A DNA stretch of 64,000 bases from assembly GCA_965250155.1 (NCBI GenBank), contig OZ252291.1, forward strand, positions 68,583 to 132,582, given 5' to 3'. The position numbers were made by a program, and so were the translations under genes. This DNA is from Gemmatimonadales bacterium. Its GTDB lineage: Bacteria; Gemmatimonadota; Gemmatimonadetes; Gemmatimonadales; GWC2-71-9. The notes beneath the pieces were generated by a model. The model did not search any database. It saw only the letters and a program-made list of their open reading frames with translations, and was not told where the DNA came from. Of the stretch, positions 25,195-34,895 are shown in pieces (the stretch's first letter is position 1; every line of letters begins with the position of its first letter).

Positions 25195-26018
25195 AGCGCG
25201 GTGACCACCCGATAGGTCTCCTTCCGGGACACCTTCATTTCCACCGCCAATCGGGCCGCCACGTCTCGACGACTCTCGCCCTTAGCCAGCAACTCGCGCG
25301 CGCGCGCGCGAATAATCCCTTCATCAAATACGTCGCGCTCCCGAGGCTTGCTGGCGATGAGGACGGTAACTTCACCCTTGGGAGCCTCTTCGCGATAATA
25401 ACCCGCGAGGTCGGCGAGGGTCCCGCTCTTGACGCTTTCATGCACCTTGGTCAATTCTCTGGTGACAACCGCACGTCTCCCGGCACCACACACCTGGGAA
25501 AGGGCTTCCAGCAATGACACCAGCCGGTTGGGAGCTTCGAAAATCACCACGGTCATGGGACTCTCCGCCGCCACTTTCAACAGGAGATCCCGATCTTTGC
25601 CCTTGCGAGGCAGAAACCCCAAAAACGTGAAACGGTCCGCCGGAAGACCGGAAACGCTCAAGGCCGCAACTACCGCCGACGGACCGGGAATGGCCACAAC
25701 CTCGACACCCACCACCCGGACCCGCTCCACGAGTGCAGCACCGGGATCACTGACGGCAGGGGTACCCGCATCGGTGAGCAAGGCCACCGACCTCCCCTCT
25801 TCGAGCAGGCGCACCAGCTCGTCCATTCGTGACTGAGGAGAGTGGGCGTGAAAGCTCAATACCTTGGGCCGTGCCCCCACGTGCCTCAACAGAACGCGAC
25901 TCCGACGCGTGTCCTCTGCCGCCACCACGTCGACGCTGCAGAGCACCTCCCTCGCTCGGGAAGAAAGGTCTCCCATGTTGCCCAAGGGGGTGGCGACGAC
26001 GAAAAGTTTTCCCTTCAC
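25191..26018 (-). CDS. rsmI: 16S rRNA (cytidine1402-2'-O)-methyltransferase
   Basis: KGKLFVVATPLGNMGDLSSRA...VAAEDTR...LTDAGTPAVSDPG...FEAPNRL. GTG start at 26018 has an AGGTG SD. The upstream part of ORF 25191..26363 is Arg-rich nonsense. Confidence 0.9.
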   Translation of the reverse strand: MKGKLFVVATPLGNMGDLSSRAREVLCSVDVVAAEDTRRSRVLLRHVGARPKVLSFHAHSPQSRMDELVRLLEEGRSVALLTDAGTPAVSDPGAALVERVRVVGVEVVAIPGPSAVVAALSVSGLPADRFTFLGFLPRKGKDRDLLLKVAAESPMTVVIFEAPNRLVSLLEALSQVCGAGRRAVVTRELTKVHESVKSGTLADLAGYYREEAPKGEVTVLIASKPRERDVFDEGIIRARARELLAKGESRRDVAARLAVEMKVSRKETYRVVTAL

Positions 26019-26208
26019 GACCCCACACCTCCAGCGGTAGGGCGGTAGTGCTCTCTCGCCGCATACCGCCCTGCCGCCGTAGCGCCGGCGCGGGGCGGAG
26101 CGGGGGGATACCGCCATAAGAAATCGGACGACCAGACCACCAACCCGTCCGTCCGTCCGTCTTTCCATCCCTCCACCCGGGGCAATTCGGCCCCGGACAC
26201 GGATCGCT

Positions 26209-26535
26209 TCACCCCAAGTGGGCCTCGATCTTCTCCACGAGATCCGCCTTGGGAACCGCGCCGACCACGGTATCGACGTGCTGGCCGTTCTTGAACAGCA
26301 ACACACTGGGGATCGAGCGCACGTTGAAGCGCATGGCAGTCTTCTGGTTGGCATCGACATCAACTTTGCCCACCTTTAGCTGCCCGTCGTATTCCTCAGC
26401 CAGCTGCTCGATGATCGGCGCAATCACGTGGCACGGCCCGCACCACGTGGCCCAGAAATCGACCAAAGCCAGACCATCGTGTTTCCCAATCTCCGCATCG
26501 AATACGTCGTCGGAGAGTTGTACAGGAGCTGCCAT
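26209..26535 (-). CDS. trxA: thioredoxin
   Basis: VDFWATWCGPCHVIAP...SIPSVLLFKNG. Met at 26535 is preceded by a GGAGAAGG SD. Confidence 0.95.
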   Translation of the reverse strand: MAAPVQLSDDVFDAEIGKHDGLALVDFWATWCGPCHVIAPIIEQLAEEYDGQLKVGKVDVDANQKTAMRFNVRSIPSVLLFKNGQHVDTVVGAVPKADLVEKIEAHLG

Positions 26536-26633
26536 TCTTCCTTCTCCACTATTATGTTGGGCCTGTCTACGCGTTCGGCCTCGACTGGGCGTGTTCAACG
26601 AAATGTAACGTCCAATTCTTCCTCGGAGGATCA

Positions 26634-27032
26634 GTGCCTCCCGACTACCCCTCTATCGCTCATATAGGCGTTGCGGTTCCCGATATCTCCACCGCTATGG
26701 CCTTCTATCGGGACATTCTCGGCGCGTCTCCCAAACCGCTCGAATCGGCCGACGGCGCCACGATAGTCTCTCTACCCTTTGGCGACGTCGATATCGAACT
26801 GCTCGAGCCCCAATCCGACGACAGTCCCGTAGCCAAATTCTTGGCCAAAAGGGGGCCGGGCATCCACCACATCTGCTTCCAGGTACCTAATCTCGACGCC
26901 GCGTTGCAACGCTGCCGTGACCGAGGATACCAATTGGTGGACGAACAACCCCGCACCGGAGCCCACGGCTGCCGCGTCGCCTTCGTGCACCCGAAATCCA
27001 CCTCGGGAATCCTGCTCGAACTTACGGAATAA
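26634..27032 (+). CDS. mce: methylmalonyl-CoA epimerase (VOC/glyoxalase fold)
   Basis: IAHIGVAVPDISTAMAFYRDILG...GPGIHHICFQVPNLDAAL...AFVHPKSTSGILLELTE. GTG start with a GGAGGA SD. Confidence 0.85.
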   Translation: MPPDYPSIAHIGVAVPDISTAMAFYRDILGASPKPLESADGATIVSLPFGDVDIELLEPQSDDSPVAKFLAKRGPGIHHICFQVPNLDAALQRCRDRGYQLVDEQPRTGAHGCRVAFVHPKSTSGILLELTE

Positions 27033-27065
27033 CCAACGCCGCGAAGCGGCAGCCGGTTCCATCGC

Positions 27066-27515
27066 CTATCGGCATGCCCGGGCAGGGTTCCCTGCCTGCG
27101 TCAGATCGATAACCGACACCAACCACCCCTCCCCCACGCGAACCAACTCGAAGGGAACGTCTACCTGGCACCCCAGCCTCATTAGACGGAGGTGGTACGC
27201 GCGGGTCTCATCGTCGAGCCCAGCCATCAACACATCGGCTGTTATCTCGTATCGCTCGTGTTTCAGCATGATTTGCATCACCGTGAGCCGCTGGTTCAAT
27301 TCGGCTCTTTCCATCTTCCGCGCTGCCGGACCGTCTTTCGTGCCCCACAGCTGGCTCATGGACACGAGGTCGTTTGCCTGAACAGCGCTCATGAACCGGC
27401 TCAACGTCACTTCCGGATGTACGGGAAGCATTATCGACGGGAACGCTTTGGAGCCACAAGCCATCACGGCCCACACCCCACCCAGGAGTAACATCTTGTT
27501 AGAAACTTGCGCCAT
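27066..27515 (-). CDS. hypothetical lipoprotein
   Basis: MAQVSNKMLLLGGVWAVMACGS (lipobox) at the C-terminal end of the spurious 608-aa ORF 27066..28892. The rest of that ORF is antisense to pdxJ. Confidence 0.6.
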   Translation of the reverse strand: MAQVSNKMLLLGGVWAVMACGSKAFPSIMLPVHPEVTLSRFMSAVQANDLVSMSQLWGTKDGPAARKMERAELNQRLTVMQIMLKHERYEITADVLMAGLDDETRAYHLRLMRLGCQVDVPFELVRVGEGWLVSVIDLTQAGNPARACR

Positions 27516-27578
27516 ATGGACCGTCACCGTGATGTTCCTTTCAACCGAAGCTAAACACTCACAGTATGCGGGGCAACG

Positions 27579-28310
27579 ATGCGTTTTTTCGTGAACGTGG
27601 ACCACGTCGCCACCGTGCGGCAGGCCCGGCGCACCGACGAGCCGGACCCGGTGGCCGCCGCCGTCGCGTGCGAACGCGCCGGCGCCGACGGCATCACGAT
27701 CCACCTCCGGGAGGATCGACGTCACATTCTGGACGATGACGTGATGCGGATGTGCGCCACGATTGCAACCCGTCTGAACCTGGAATTGGCCACCGCCGAC
27801 GACATCGTGAAGCTCGCAACCGATCTCAAGCCGCATCACGCCACATTCGTCCCCGAACGCCGGGAGGAGATCACAACCGAAGGGGGGCTCGACCTCACGG
27901 TCGACTCGGGCAGGCCAGACCCGCGGCTTAAGCACGCCATTGCCACGCTGCGGCGCGCCGGCGTGCGAGTGAGTCTGTTCATTGACCCGGACAAAACCAG
28001 CATCCAACGCGCCGCCGAGCTGGGTGTGGAGGCCGTGGAACTCCACACCGGGGAGTATGCCAACCAAAACCGCGACACGAACGCCCCCCTCGAGCGTCTG
28101 CAAGAGGCTGCCAACCTCGCCGAGGCTGCCGGGCTCGCCGTCCACGCGGGGCACGGCCTCACCTACCGCAACGTGCAGCCGGTGGCCGCGATCCCAGAGA
28201 TCGAGGAGCTCAACATCGGCCACAGCATCGTGAGCCGCAGCATCATGGTGGGGATCGAAAGCGCAGTGAGCGAGATGCGCGCCCTGATTGCGGCGGCTCG
28301 CGTTGACTAA
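27579..28310 (+). CDS. pdxJ: pyridoxine 5'-phosphate synthase
   Basis: VNVDHVATVRQARRTDEPDPV...ADGITIHLREDRRHI...ELHTGEYA...HAGHGL. Confidence 0.95.
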   Translation: MRFFVNVDHVATVRQARRTDEPDPVAAAVACERAGADGITIHLREDRRHILDDDVMRMCATIATRLNLELATADDIVKLATDLKPHHATFVPERREEITTEGGLDLTVDSGRPDPRLKHAIATLRRAGVRVSLFIDPDKTSIQRAAELGVEAVELHTGEYANQNRDTNAPLERLQEAANLAEAAGLAVHAGHGLTYRNVQPVAAIPEIEELNIGHSIVSRSIMVGIESAVSEMRALIAAARVD

Positions 28311-28349
28311 CTCACTGCGGCACAGTAATTTAGCGTCCTTTACCGCGGG

Positions 28350-30041
28350 ATGTTTCTGATGACGCAACCAATGGGAATGGCCGACTTCTTCGCCATGGAG
28401 GCCGGGGAATACCTCGAACGCCTCGATGGGTTGGCTTCCCCTGCGGCGAGTCCTGATTTCCAGGAGTTGCACCGGATTGCCCGGGCGCTCCGCGGTTCGG
28501 CTCTCATGGCAAGCCAACAACAGATCGCAGCGGTGGCCGGTGGCGTCGAGGCTCTCGCTCGGGCCGCCCGCGACGGCACGCTCACTTGGGATGAAGCCCA
28601 TCGCCAGCTGGCCATTCGGGCCGTTGACGACCTGAAAGTGCTCGTCCGGGCCGTCAACAGTTGGACCGACGCGGAAACTGTGCGCGCCCAGCGAATCGCT
28701 TCGGAGTTGGAGCAGGTTACGGACGCCACGCCGCCGCCCGAGAGTCCGCCTCAACAACTCGACGCGGCCACCAGGGCGTTCATCGCACGTGAGGGAGCGG
28801 CGGTGGGCAGCGCACTCGACCAGGCGGCTAGAACGCTTGCGCGGAATCCCATGGGCGTGAGTTCCCTCGACGCCGTCCTCCGCGCCACACAACCTCTCCG
28901 CGGCATCGCCAGCCTTTCAGACTTGCCGCCCCTGCCCGACCTTCTCGATGGAATCGAACGGGCCGTGCAGGAAATGATGCGCCGCACCGAACCGATGCCC
29001 AATCCGGGCGACGTGTTCGACGCCGGCGCCAAGGCGATTAGCCGGGTGTCCCGGGAAATAGCCACCGCAGGGCGCGCCGATCCGGATGCCCCCGAGGCCG
29101 GTGAGTTTGCGAGGCTGTTGGGTGGACTCTTGGAGATGGGACCGGACATCATCCCCATCGAAGCCCTGTATCACGCCGACGGTCGGCCGCACGTCCTTAG
29201 CGAAGGCGCGGCGCCGACTCTGGGGGAAGCACCCGGCCAACTCGAAATGGTTTCGCTTGGCGAGTACCTCAAGCAGGCAGCCGAAGATCTAGAAGGCGCG
29301 CAGTCCAACCCCCAACGTCAATTGCGAGCGCATGGACTGGCACCTACGCTTCGCACGTTGGAAGGGACTGGACGGGGGACGGCAAGACTCGCCCACGCCG
29401 TACGGAATGCGATCCACTGCGGCGCTGCCGTCACGGACACCACGGCCCTAGCCGCGGCGCTGAGAGAGGCCGGTGCCATTCTGAGCGGCTGGGGCGAGGA
29501 AGACCCCGCCGTCATCGAAGAGCGGCTTCAGCCGGTCTCAGTGACAATACGCGGGCTGGGAGAGCAACCCGTCGTCGAGGTTCCCGTGCCGCCCACCCCC
29601 ACCCCCACGCCGGCGGCGGTGGTCGAGCCAGTCGCGCCCGCAGAACCGGAGGCAGCCAGGACCACGCTCGAGCCGGTAACGCCCCAACAACCAAGCGGTG
29701 ACGACTGGCTTGCCGCGAGCTTTGCCGACTACGATCACCTGCTCTCTGCGGGAAGCGTCGGAATGCCGCTCGCCGAGCTTTTCGAGCAGCCCGTGGATGC
29801 GCCGGCCCCGGGCCCAGCGGATTTGCCGGCCCATCCTGCATCCGCCGAGGATGTTGGTTGGGTTACCCAATCAGACGAGGAAATCGCTCCGATCACAGAT
29901 TACTGCTTCACCGGTGCTGCAGCATTGAAACAAGCGATGGCCCTCAAGGAAAAGCTCCAAATCGGGGTGCCTGCGGACCGTCAGGAACTACTGGAAGAAA
30001 TCTTCGACCTCGTCGAGCTTGGCCTCCGACAAACCACCTAA
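28350..30041 (+). CDS. hypothetical Ala/Pro-rich protein
   Basis: 563-aa ORF with high third-position G+C. The N-terminal segment (FQELHRIARALRGSALMASQQQIAAVAGGVEALARA) resembles an HPt four-helix motif, but the phospho-His position is Arg. It has a Pro-rich linker. Confidence 0.6.
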   Translation: MFLMTQPMGMADFFAMEAGEYLERLDGLASPAASPDFQELHRIARALRGSALMASQQQIAAVAGGVEALARAARDGTLTWDEAHRQLAIRAVDDLKVLVRAVNSWTDAETVRAQRIASELEQVTDATPPPESPPQQLDAATRAFIAREGAAVGSALDQAARTLARNPMGVSSLDAVLRATQPLRGIASLSDLPPLPDLLDGIERAVQEMMRRTEPMPNPGDVFDAGAKAISRVSREIATAGRADPDAPEAGEFARLLGGLLEMGPDIIPIEALYHADGRPHVLSEGAAPTLGEAPGQLEMVSLGEYLKQAAEDLEGAQSNPQRQLRAHGLAPTLRTLEGTGRGTARLAHAVRNAIHCGAAVTDTTALAAALREAGAILSGWGEEDPAVIEERLQPVSVTIRGLGEQPVVEVPVPPTPTPTPAAVVEPVAPAEPEAARTTLEPVTPQQPSGDDWLAASFADYDHLLSAGSVGMPLAELFEQPVDAPAPGPADLPAHPASAEDVGWVTQSDEEIAPITDYCFTGAAALKQAMALKEKLQIGVPADRQELLEEIFDLVELGLRQTT

Positions 30042-31056
30042 GAGATCCCGCATGGGCAGAGCCGCGGTCGCCGGGCTCCTGATCTCGGGTATCCTTCTAT
30101 GGTGGGCGCTCCACGACGTGCACCTAGCCGAAGTCGTAGGCCACCTGGGCGCTGCCCGCTTCTTTCCGCTCCTCGGTTGCGTAGTGACAGCCACTCTCGT
30201 GTTCCCCCTTCGGACCATCCGGTGGCAGTATATCCTGCAACTCGATGGGGCAAAGTTACCCTTCGTTCCTCTCTGGCATGCCATGGCCATCGGTTTCATG
30301 GCTAACAACCTCCTCCCCGCACGAGCTGGCGAGGTGGCGCGTGCGTATGCAGCAACACGGTTGACGGCGGTCCCGTTCATGACTGCGGCGGCGACGCTGG
30401 TGGTCGAGCGGTTGATGGACGGGCTGACGCTGGTGACGATACTGGCGCTGGCAGTGTTGCTTACTGGCTTCGAGATGACCACCACTGTGGGCCCATTCAA
30501 CTTCGGTCAGATCCTCGGCGGGGCAGCGCTGTTGGTCGTGGTGTCGCTCGGCGTTGCCGTGTGGGCCGTGCACTGGCCGGATCCAACGCTGAAGATCGGA
30601 CGAAAGACCCTGAACGCGGTCCTCCCGGCGGGGTGGGCGGAAAAGGGGATCCGCGCCATGGAAGGCGTGTTCGATGGCCTCAGCGTGCTCCGGGAATGGA
30701 AGCGGTTGGTCCTCGTCACCGCATGGTCGTTCGTGATCTGGGGAGTGAACGGCATCTCGTTCTTGCTGTGCATGGTGGCGTTCGACCTACCGGTGCCCTG
30801 GACAGCTGCGTTCGTCATACAATCGCTGATTGCGTTCGGCGTCTCGGTCCCATCGGCCCCGGGGTTTTTCGGCGTATTCGAGGCCGTCACGAAAGCGACA
30901 TTGATTCTCTACGGGATTGCGCCGGACCTGGCGGTGTCGTATGCGGTTGGATACCACCTCTTCACCTTCGTTCCGATCACGGTGCTCGGTCTGTGGTCCT
31001 TATCCCGGGCGCATCTGCATCTCGCTGATCTACGAGCGGAGCAAGCCAAGGGCTGA
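30019..31056 (+). CDS. flippase-like / lysylphosphatidylglycerol-synthase-TM-region family membrane protein (UPF0104-like)
   Basis: Multi-pass membrane ORF (GLLISGILLWWALHDVHLAEV..., LLPARAGEVARAY). The start may instead be Met 30052. Confidence 0.7.
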   Translation: MASDKPPKRSRMGRAAVAGLLISGILLWWALHDVHLAEVVGHLGAARFFPLLGCVVTATLVFPLRTIRWQYILQLDGAKLPFVPLWHAMAIGFMANNLLPARAGEVARAYAATRLTAVPFMTAAATLVVERLMDGLTLVTILALAVLLTGFEMTTTVGPFNFGQILGGAALLVVVSLGVAVWAVHWPDPTLKIGRKTLNAVLPAGWAEKGIRAMEGVFDGLSVLREWKRLVLVTAWSFVIWGVNGISFLLCMVAFDLPVPWTAAFVIQSLIAFGVSVPSAPGFFGVFEAVTKATLILYGIAPDLAVSYAVGYHLFTFVPITVLGLWSLSRAHLHLADLRAEQAKG

Positions 31057-31080
31057 GGGGACTGCGCGGGATCGCTGGTA

Positions 31081-31995
31081 TTGAACAACACCACACCTGA
31101 CTTCGTTCGCATTGCTGCACACGCCAAGATCAACCTGTTCTTGCGCGTGCTGAGTCGAGAATCCACCGGATATCACGGGATAGAAACCGTGTTCTCTCTG
31201 CTGGAGCTGGCTGACGAGATCTCGGTAGAGCGCACCGCGAGAGGGATCGACATCGAGGTAGAGGGTGCGGACACGGGACCCACCGAAGACAACCTCGCCG
31301 TGCGCGCGGCTCGCGCGATGCTGGCGGCGACCGGCGAGAGATTTGGCGTTAGGATCCACTTGAAGAAAAACATCCCGGCGAGGGCGGGCTTGGGCGGGGG
31401 ATCCAGCGACGCAGCAGCGACCCTTCACGCGGTGAACGCACTCACCGGCGGAGCGGTACCGCACCATGAGATTCTCCAGTTTGCAGCCAAGCTCGGCTCA
31501 GACATCCCCTTCTTCGCCTCGGGCTCGTCAATGGCATTGGCGTGGAATCGGGGCGAGCGCCTCTTCAGGATATCCGGACCTCCTCGAGCCCCTACCCTGC
31601 TGGTGATTCCCCATGTGGGTATCTCGACTGTGACGGCCTACGAGCTTCTGGACCGGGCTGGTGGGTACCCCACTCCTCGAGGGGCTCTCGTATTGGATCC
31701 CGACGCCTTGCGGACGTGGGGCGGCATCGGGCGCCTTGGCGGCAACGACTTCGAGTCCGTCGTGTGGGGACGGGAACCCCGAGTCCGCGAGGCATTCGAG
31801 CGGATGGCTCAAACCAAGCCGTTGTTGGTCAGGATGTCTGGTTCCGGATCTGCGATCGTCGGGATCTACAGGTCGGAGTCCGATTTGGAACAAGCCGCGT
31901 CGATGATTGGTAAGGCAGGATGGGGATTGGTGCGAACACAGACCCGGTCGAGCCCGGCCCCTGGACCGGTGGCTTTAAGCGCCACAAACCAATAG
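31081..31995 (+). CDS. ispE: 4-diphosphocytidyl-2-C-methyl-D-erythritol kinase
   Basis: AHAKINLFLRVLSRESTGYHGIETVF...KNIPARAGLGGGSSDAAATLHA (GHMP kinase motif). TTG start. Confidence 0.9.
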   Translation: MNNTTPDFVRIAAHAKINLFLRVLSRESTGYHGIETVFSLLELADEISVERTARGIDIEVEGADTGPTEDNLAVRAARAMLAATGERFGVRIHLKKNIPARAGLGGGSSDAAATLHAVNALTGGAVPHHEILQFAAKLGSDIPFFASGSSMALAWNRGERLFRISGPPRAPTLLVIPHVGISTVTAYELLDRAGGYPTPRGALVLDPDALRTWGGIGRLGGNDFESVVWGREPRVREAFERMAQTKPLLVRMSGSGSAIVGIYRSESDLEQAASMIGKAGWGLVRTQTRSSPAPGPVALSATNQ

Positions 31996-32038
31996 TTTGG
32001 TCTGCATGGGAGAAACGACACAGCCCTTTTGGAGGCAC

Positions 32039-32806
32039 ATGATGAGACTGGACAGTCCTGACCTGGCTGCGGTGGTTGCCCGGCTGGAGAGACAACTCCG
32101 CACAGTGAAGCTCGCCCTCGGCGCCGTTCTGATGGTGATCGGCGGTCTCTCGCTCACCGCATGGATAGCTCCACAGGGTGACACCATATCGGCAAGACAA
32201 TTCATGATTCTGGATGCGGACGGGATTCCGAGAGGCATGTTCGGCGTGCTGGCCGACCAAGCATCCATCGGAATGATGTACACGGACCCCGCGGGAAACA
32301 CGCGCCTAGAGATGGGCGTAGATCCCAGCGGTACGCCGAGGCTAGCCCTGATGGATGAGCTGGGACAAGTGCGGTCTGAGATGGCAATGAGGGACGACGG
32401 ATCGCCTACCATCGTCATGACAGACAGCTCCGAATCCCGGCGTATCGCCATAGGCACGAGCAACGACGGAGCCGGCCAAATAATTCTCTTTGGCGACAAC
32501 TTCGTCAATGAGAACGGCGACACCGTGTCGGTCCAGCGCGCCATGTTCGGCACATTTGCCAACGGCCAGCCGGCGATTCTGTTTTCCGACACATCTGAGA
32601 CCCCCCGGGCCTCGCTCAACATGTCGGCAGACGGCGCCGCACAGTGGAGGTTCTTCGGACCGGACGGGACCACCGAGCGCGCCGTGCTAGGCGTTTACAC
32701 CGACGGGACGCCGATCATCGAACTGGCGGACTCGACCGGCGCGGCCTCCTTCCGCAGACTCGGCGGAATGCCCGCCGACACCGTCGTCGTCGTCGTGGCG
32801 CAGTAG
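32039..32806 (+). CDS. hypothetical membrane-anchored protein with internal G-x-P-R/beta repeats
   Basis: MMRLD start with a GGAGG SD 5 nt upstream. TM segment LALGAVLMVIGGLSLTAWI. Recurring D..G.PR..L / DG...I segments. Confidence 0.6.
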   Translation: MMRLDSPDLAAVVARLERQLRTVKLALGAVLMVIGGLSLTAWIAPQGDTISARQFMILDADGIPRGMFGVLADQASIGMMYTDPAGNTRLEMGVDPSGTPRLALMDELGQVRSEMAMRDDGSPTIVMTDSSESRRIAIGTSNDGAGQIILFGDNFVNENGDTVSVQRAMFGTFANGQPAILFSDTSETPRASLNMSADGAAQWRFFGPDGTTERAVLGVYTDGTPIIELADSTGAASFRRLGGMPADTVVVVVAQ

Positions 32807-32939
32807 TAACCTAGAATTCCGGTGCGGCAGCGCACGTGCTCCGTCCAAACCCCGGCCAGCGGCCATGGCTGGTACGACTTTTGGCTGCTGTGGTGTCCGA
32901 TTAAATTACATCGCGCGCCAGCCCCGCACCCGACATCAT

Positions 32940-33010
32940 TGGCCCCTCGTCCAACGGCAGGACTCCGGCCTTTGGAGCCGGCAATGGTGGTTCGAATCCA
33001 CCGGGGCCAA
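32940..33010 (+). tRNA. tRNA-Gln (anticodon TTG)
   Basis: TGGCCCC/GGGGCCA acceptor stem, anticodon stem CCGGC/GCCGG with loop CTTTGGA, and T-arm GGTGG-TTCGAAT-CCACC. Confidence 0.9.
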
Positions 33011-33023
33011 CTTGGAGAAGAAA

Positions 33024-34895
33024 ATGGGACGCAACACGGCAGCAGCTCGCAGCCCGCAACGTGAAGTCGTCGAAGAGGTAGTGATCCGCTTCGCCGGAGA
33101 CTCCGGTGACGGCATGCAGGTCACGGGCGCACAATTCACTCAGGAAACGGCCATCTTCGGAAACGACCTCGCGACGTTTCCGGACTTCCCCGCCGAGATC
33201 CGCGCTCCCGTCGGAACCACCTTCGGCGTGTCGGCTTTTCAAATTCACTTCGGTTCTCATGACGTACGGACTTCAGGTGACGCCCCCGACGTGCTGGTGG
33301 CGATGAATCCTGCCGCTCTCAAGGTGAGCCTCGACGATCTCAAGGTGGGTGGCATGATCGTCCTCGACGAGGGCACGTTCAACCGGCGCAACCTCGCAAA
33401 AGCCGGATTCGACTCCAACCCGCTCGAAGACGACACTCTCGCGCCGTACCAGACCCTTCCGCTCCACATCTCGAAAATGACGCTCGAGGCGGTCAAAGAT
33501 CTCGACCTGTCGCAGAAGGAAGCGCTGCGGTGCAAGAACTTCTGGACGCTCGGCCTGATGCTGTGGATGTATGACCGAGACCGCCGGGCGACAGTCGACT
33601 GGCTCAACAAGAAATTCTCGCAGCGTCCTGAGATCGCCAAGGCCAATGTCACTGCCCTCAATGCCGGACACGCGTTCGGAGAAACGGCGGAGCTGTCGAG
33701 CAAGCTCGTAGGGTTCACGGTGGCCAAGACCGATGTCGCTCCAGGTATGTACCGCACCGTGACAGGGACGGAGGCCCTCGCCTGTGGACTCGTGGCGGGC
33801 GCCCGCGCCGCCGGGCTCAAGATCATGTTTGGCTCGTACCCAATCACGCCGGCATCACCGCTGCTGCACCACCTTGCCAATCTCAAGGCCTACGGGGTTA
33901 CGACCTTTCAGGCCGAAGACGAAATCGCAGCCGTGTGTTCCGCCCTCGGTGCTTCGTATGCAGGGGCGCTCGGCGTGACATCGAGTTCCGGTCCCGGCAT
34001 AGCGCTCAAGACCGAGGCCATCGGGCTCGCGATCAGCACGGAACTCCCACTCGTCATCGTCAATACGCAACGTGCCGGCCCGTCGACGGGATTGCCCACT
34101 AAGACGGAACAGTCGGATCTATACCTCGCTGTTTACGGCCGGAATGCGGACGCGCCGCTGCCCGTCCTCGCCGCGGCCACTCCCACCGACTGCTTCGAAG
34201 TCGCGATCGAATCCGTGCGAATCGCCACCAAATACATGACGCCGGTGATGTTGCTGACCGAGGGGTATCTCGCCAACGCAGCAGAACCTTGGCGCATTCC
34301 GGACCCGGAGGACCTGCCATCGTTCCCGGTGAAGTTTCGCACCGACCCGCAGGGCTTTCAGCCGTTTGCGCGTAACTCCGATACGTTGGCCCGACCGTGG
34401 GCAATTCCGGGGACGCTCGGACTCGAGCATCGCATCGGCGGCCTCGAAAAGGACTCCGTCACGGGAAATATTTCGTACGATGCCGAAAACCACCAACACA
34501 TGACGGATATGCGGGCGGCGAAGATCGCCGGCATCGCACGAGACATTCCCGAGCAGGAGATTCAGTGCGGGGAAAAGACGGGCGGGATGGTCCTCGTTGG
34601 TTGGGGATCGACCTTCGGCCCGATCAACCAGGCCGTGCGGCAGGCACGTGAAGAAGGACACCGGGTGGCACAGATTCACATCCGGTACATCGTGCCGCTG
34701 CCATCGAACCTCGGCGACCTCTTGAACGGATTCGATCGAGTACTCGTGCCGGAAATGAACAACGGCCAGCTCCTGACCTTGCTCCGGAGCACCTATGCGA
34801 TTCGCGCAGAGGGCTTGAACAAAGTGTCCGGCAGACCGTTCAGGGTAAGCGAGATCCTGGATGCAATACGTACACGAATGGGGGGCGCATCATGA
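33024..34895 (+). CDS. korA: 2-oxoacid:ferredoxin (acceptor) oxidoreductase subunit alpha
   Basis: VIRFAGDSGDGMQVTGAQFT...GSYPITPAS...FQAEDEIAA. ATG at 33024 has a GGAGAAG SD. The longer ORF start at 32865 runs across the tRNA-Gln. Confidence 0.9.
   Translation: MGRNTAAARSPQREVVEEVVIRFAGDSGDGMQVTGAQFTQETAIFGNDLATFPDFPAEIRAPVGTTFGVSAFQIHFGSHDVRTSGDAPDVLVAMNPAALKVSLDDLKVGGMIVLDEGTFNRRNLAKAGFDSNPLEDDTLAPYQTLPLHISKMTLEAVKDLDLSQKEALRCKNFWTLGLMLWMYDRDRRATVDWLNKKFSQRPEIAKANVTALNAGHAFGETAELSSKLVGFTVAKTDVAPGMYRTVTGTEALACGLVAGARAAGLKIMFGSYPITPASPLLHHLANLKAYGVTTFQAEDEIAAVCSALGASYAGALGVTSSSGPGIALKTEAIGLAISTELPLVIVNTQRAGPSTGLPTKTEQSDLYLAVYGRNADAPLPVLAAATPTDCFEVAIESVRIATKYMTPVMLLTEGYLANAAEPWRIPDPEDLPSFPVKFRTDPQGFQPFARNSDTLARPWAIPGTLGLEHRIGGLEKDSVTGNISYDAENHQHMTDMRAAKIAGIARDIPEQEIQCGEKTGGMVLVGWGSTFGPINQAVRQAREEGHRVAQIHIRYIVPLPSNLGDLLNGFDRVLVPEMNNGQLLTLLRSTYAIRAEGLNKVSGRPFRVSEILDAIRTRMGGAS

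Noticed and set aside
26019-26363. 115-aa N-terminal extension of rsmI, and the 21-aa extension of trxA (26536-26598).
   Set aside because: The extensions are Arg-rich nonsense. Family-typical N-termini begin at the GTG at 26018 and the ATG at 26535, both preceded by SD-like purine runs.
27850-27861. A possible fifth REP copy (CCCCGAACGCCG) inside pdxJ.
   Set aside because: Only 12 nt match, with no palindromic partner arm, and it lies in conserved coding sequence.
28410-28560. HPt (histidine phosphotransfer) domain at the N-terminus of the 563-aa protein.
   Set aside because: The helix pattern (LHRIARALRGSA...) resembles HPt, but the phosphorylatable His position is Arg. No partner kinase or regulator is nearby. 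The evidence is too weak to call.
27516-28892. The upstream 460 aa of the 608-aa minus-strand ORF 27066..28892.
   Set aside because: It is antisense to pdxJ and to the start of the next plus-strand gene. The sequence is Arg/Gly/His-rich and not protein-like. Only the last ~150 aa (the lipoprotein) look real. This is a typical high-GC shadow ORF.
32865-33023. N-terminal 53-aa extension of korA suggested by the ORF track.
   Set aside because: It runs across a well-formed tRNA-Gln. A better start, with an SD, lies at 33024.
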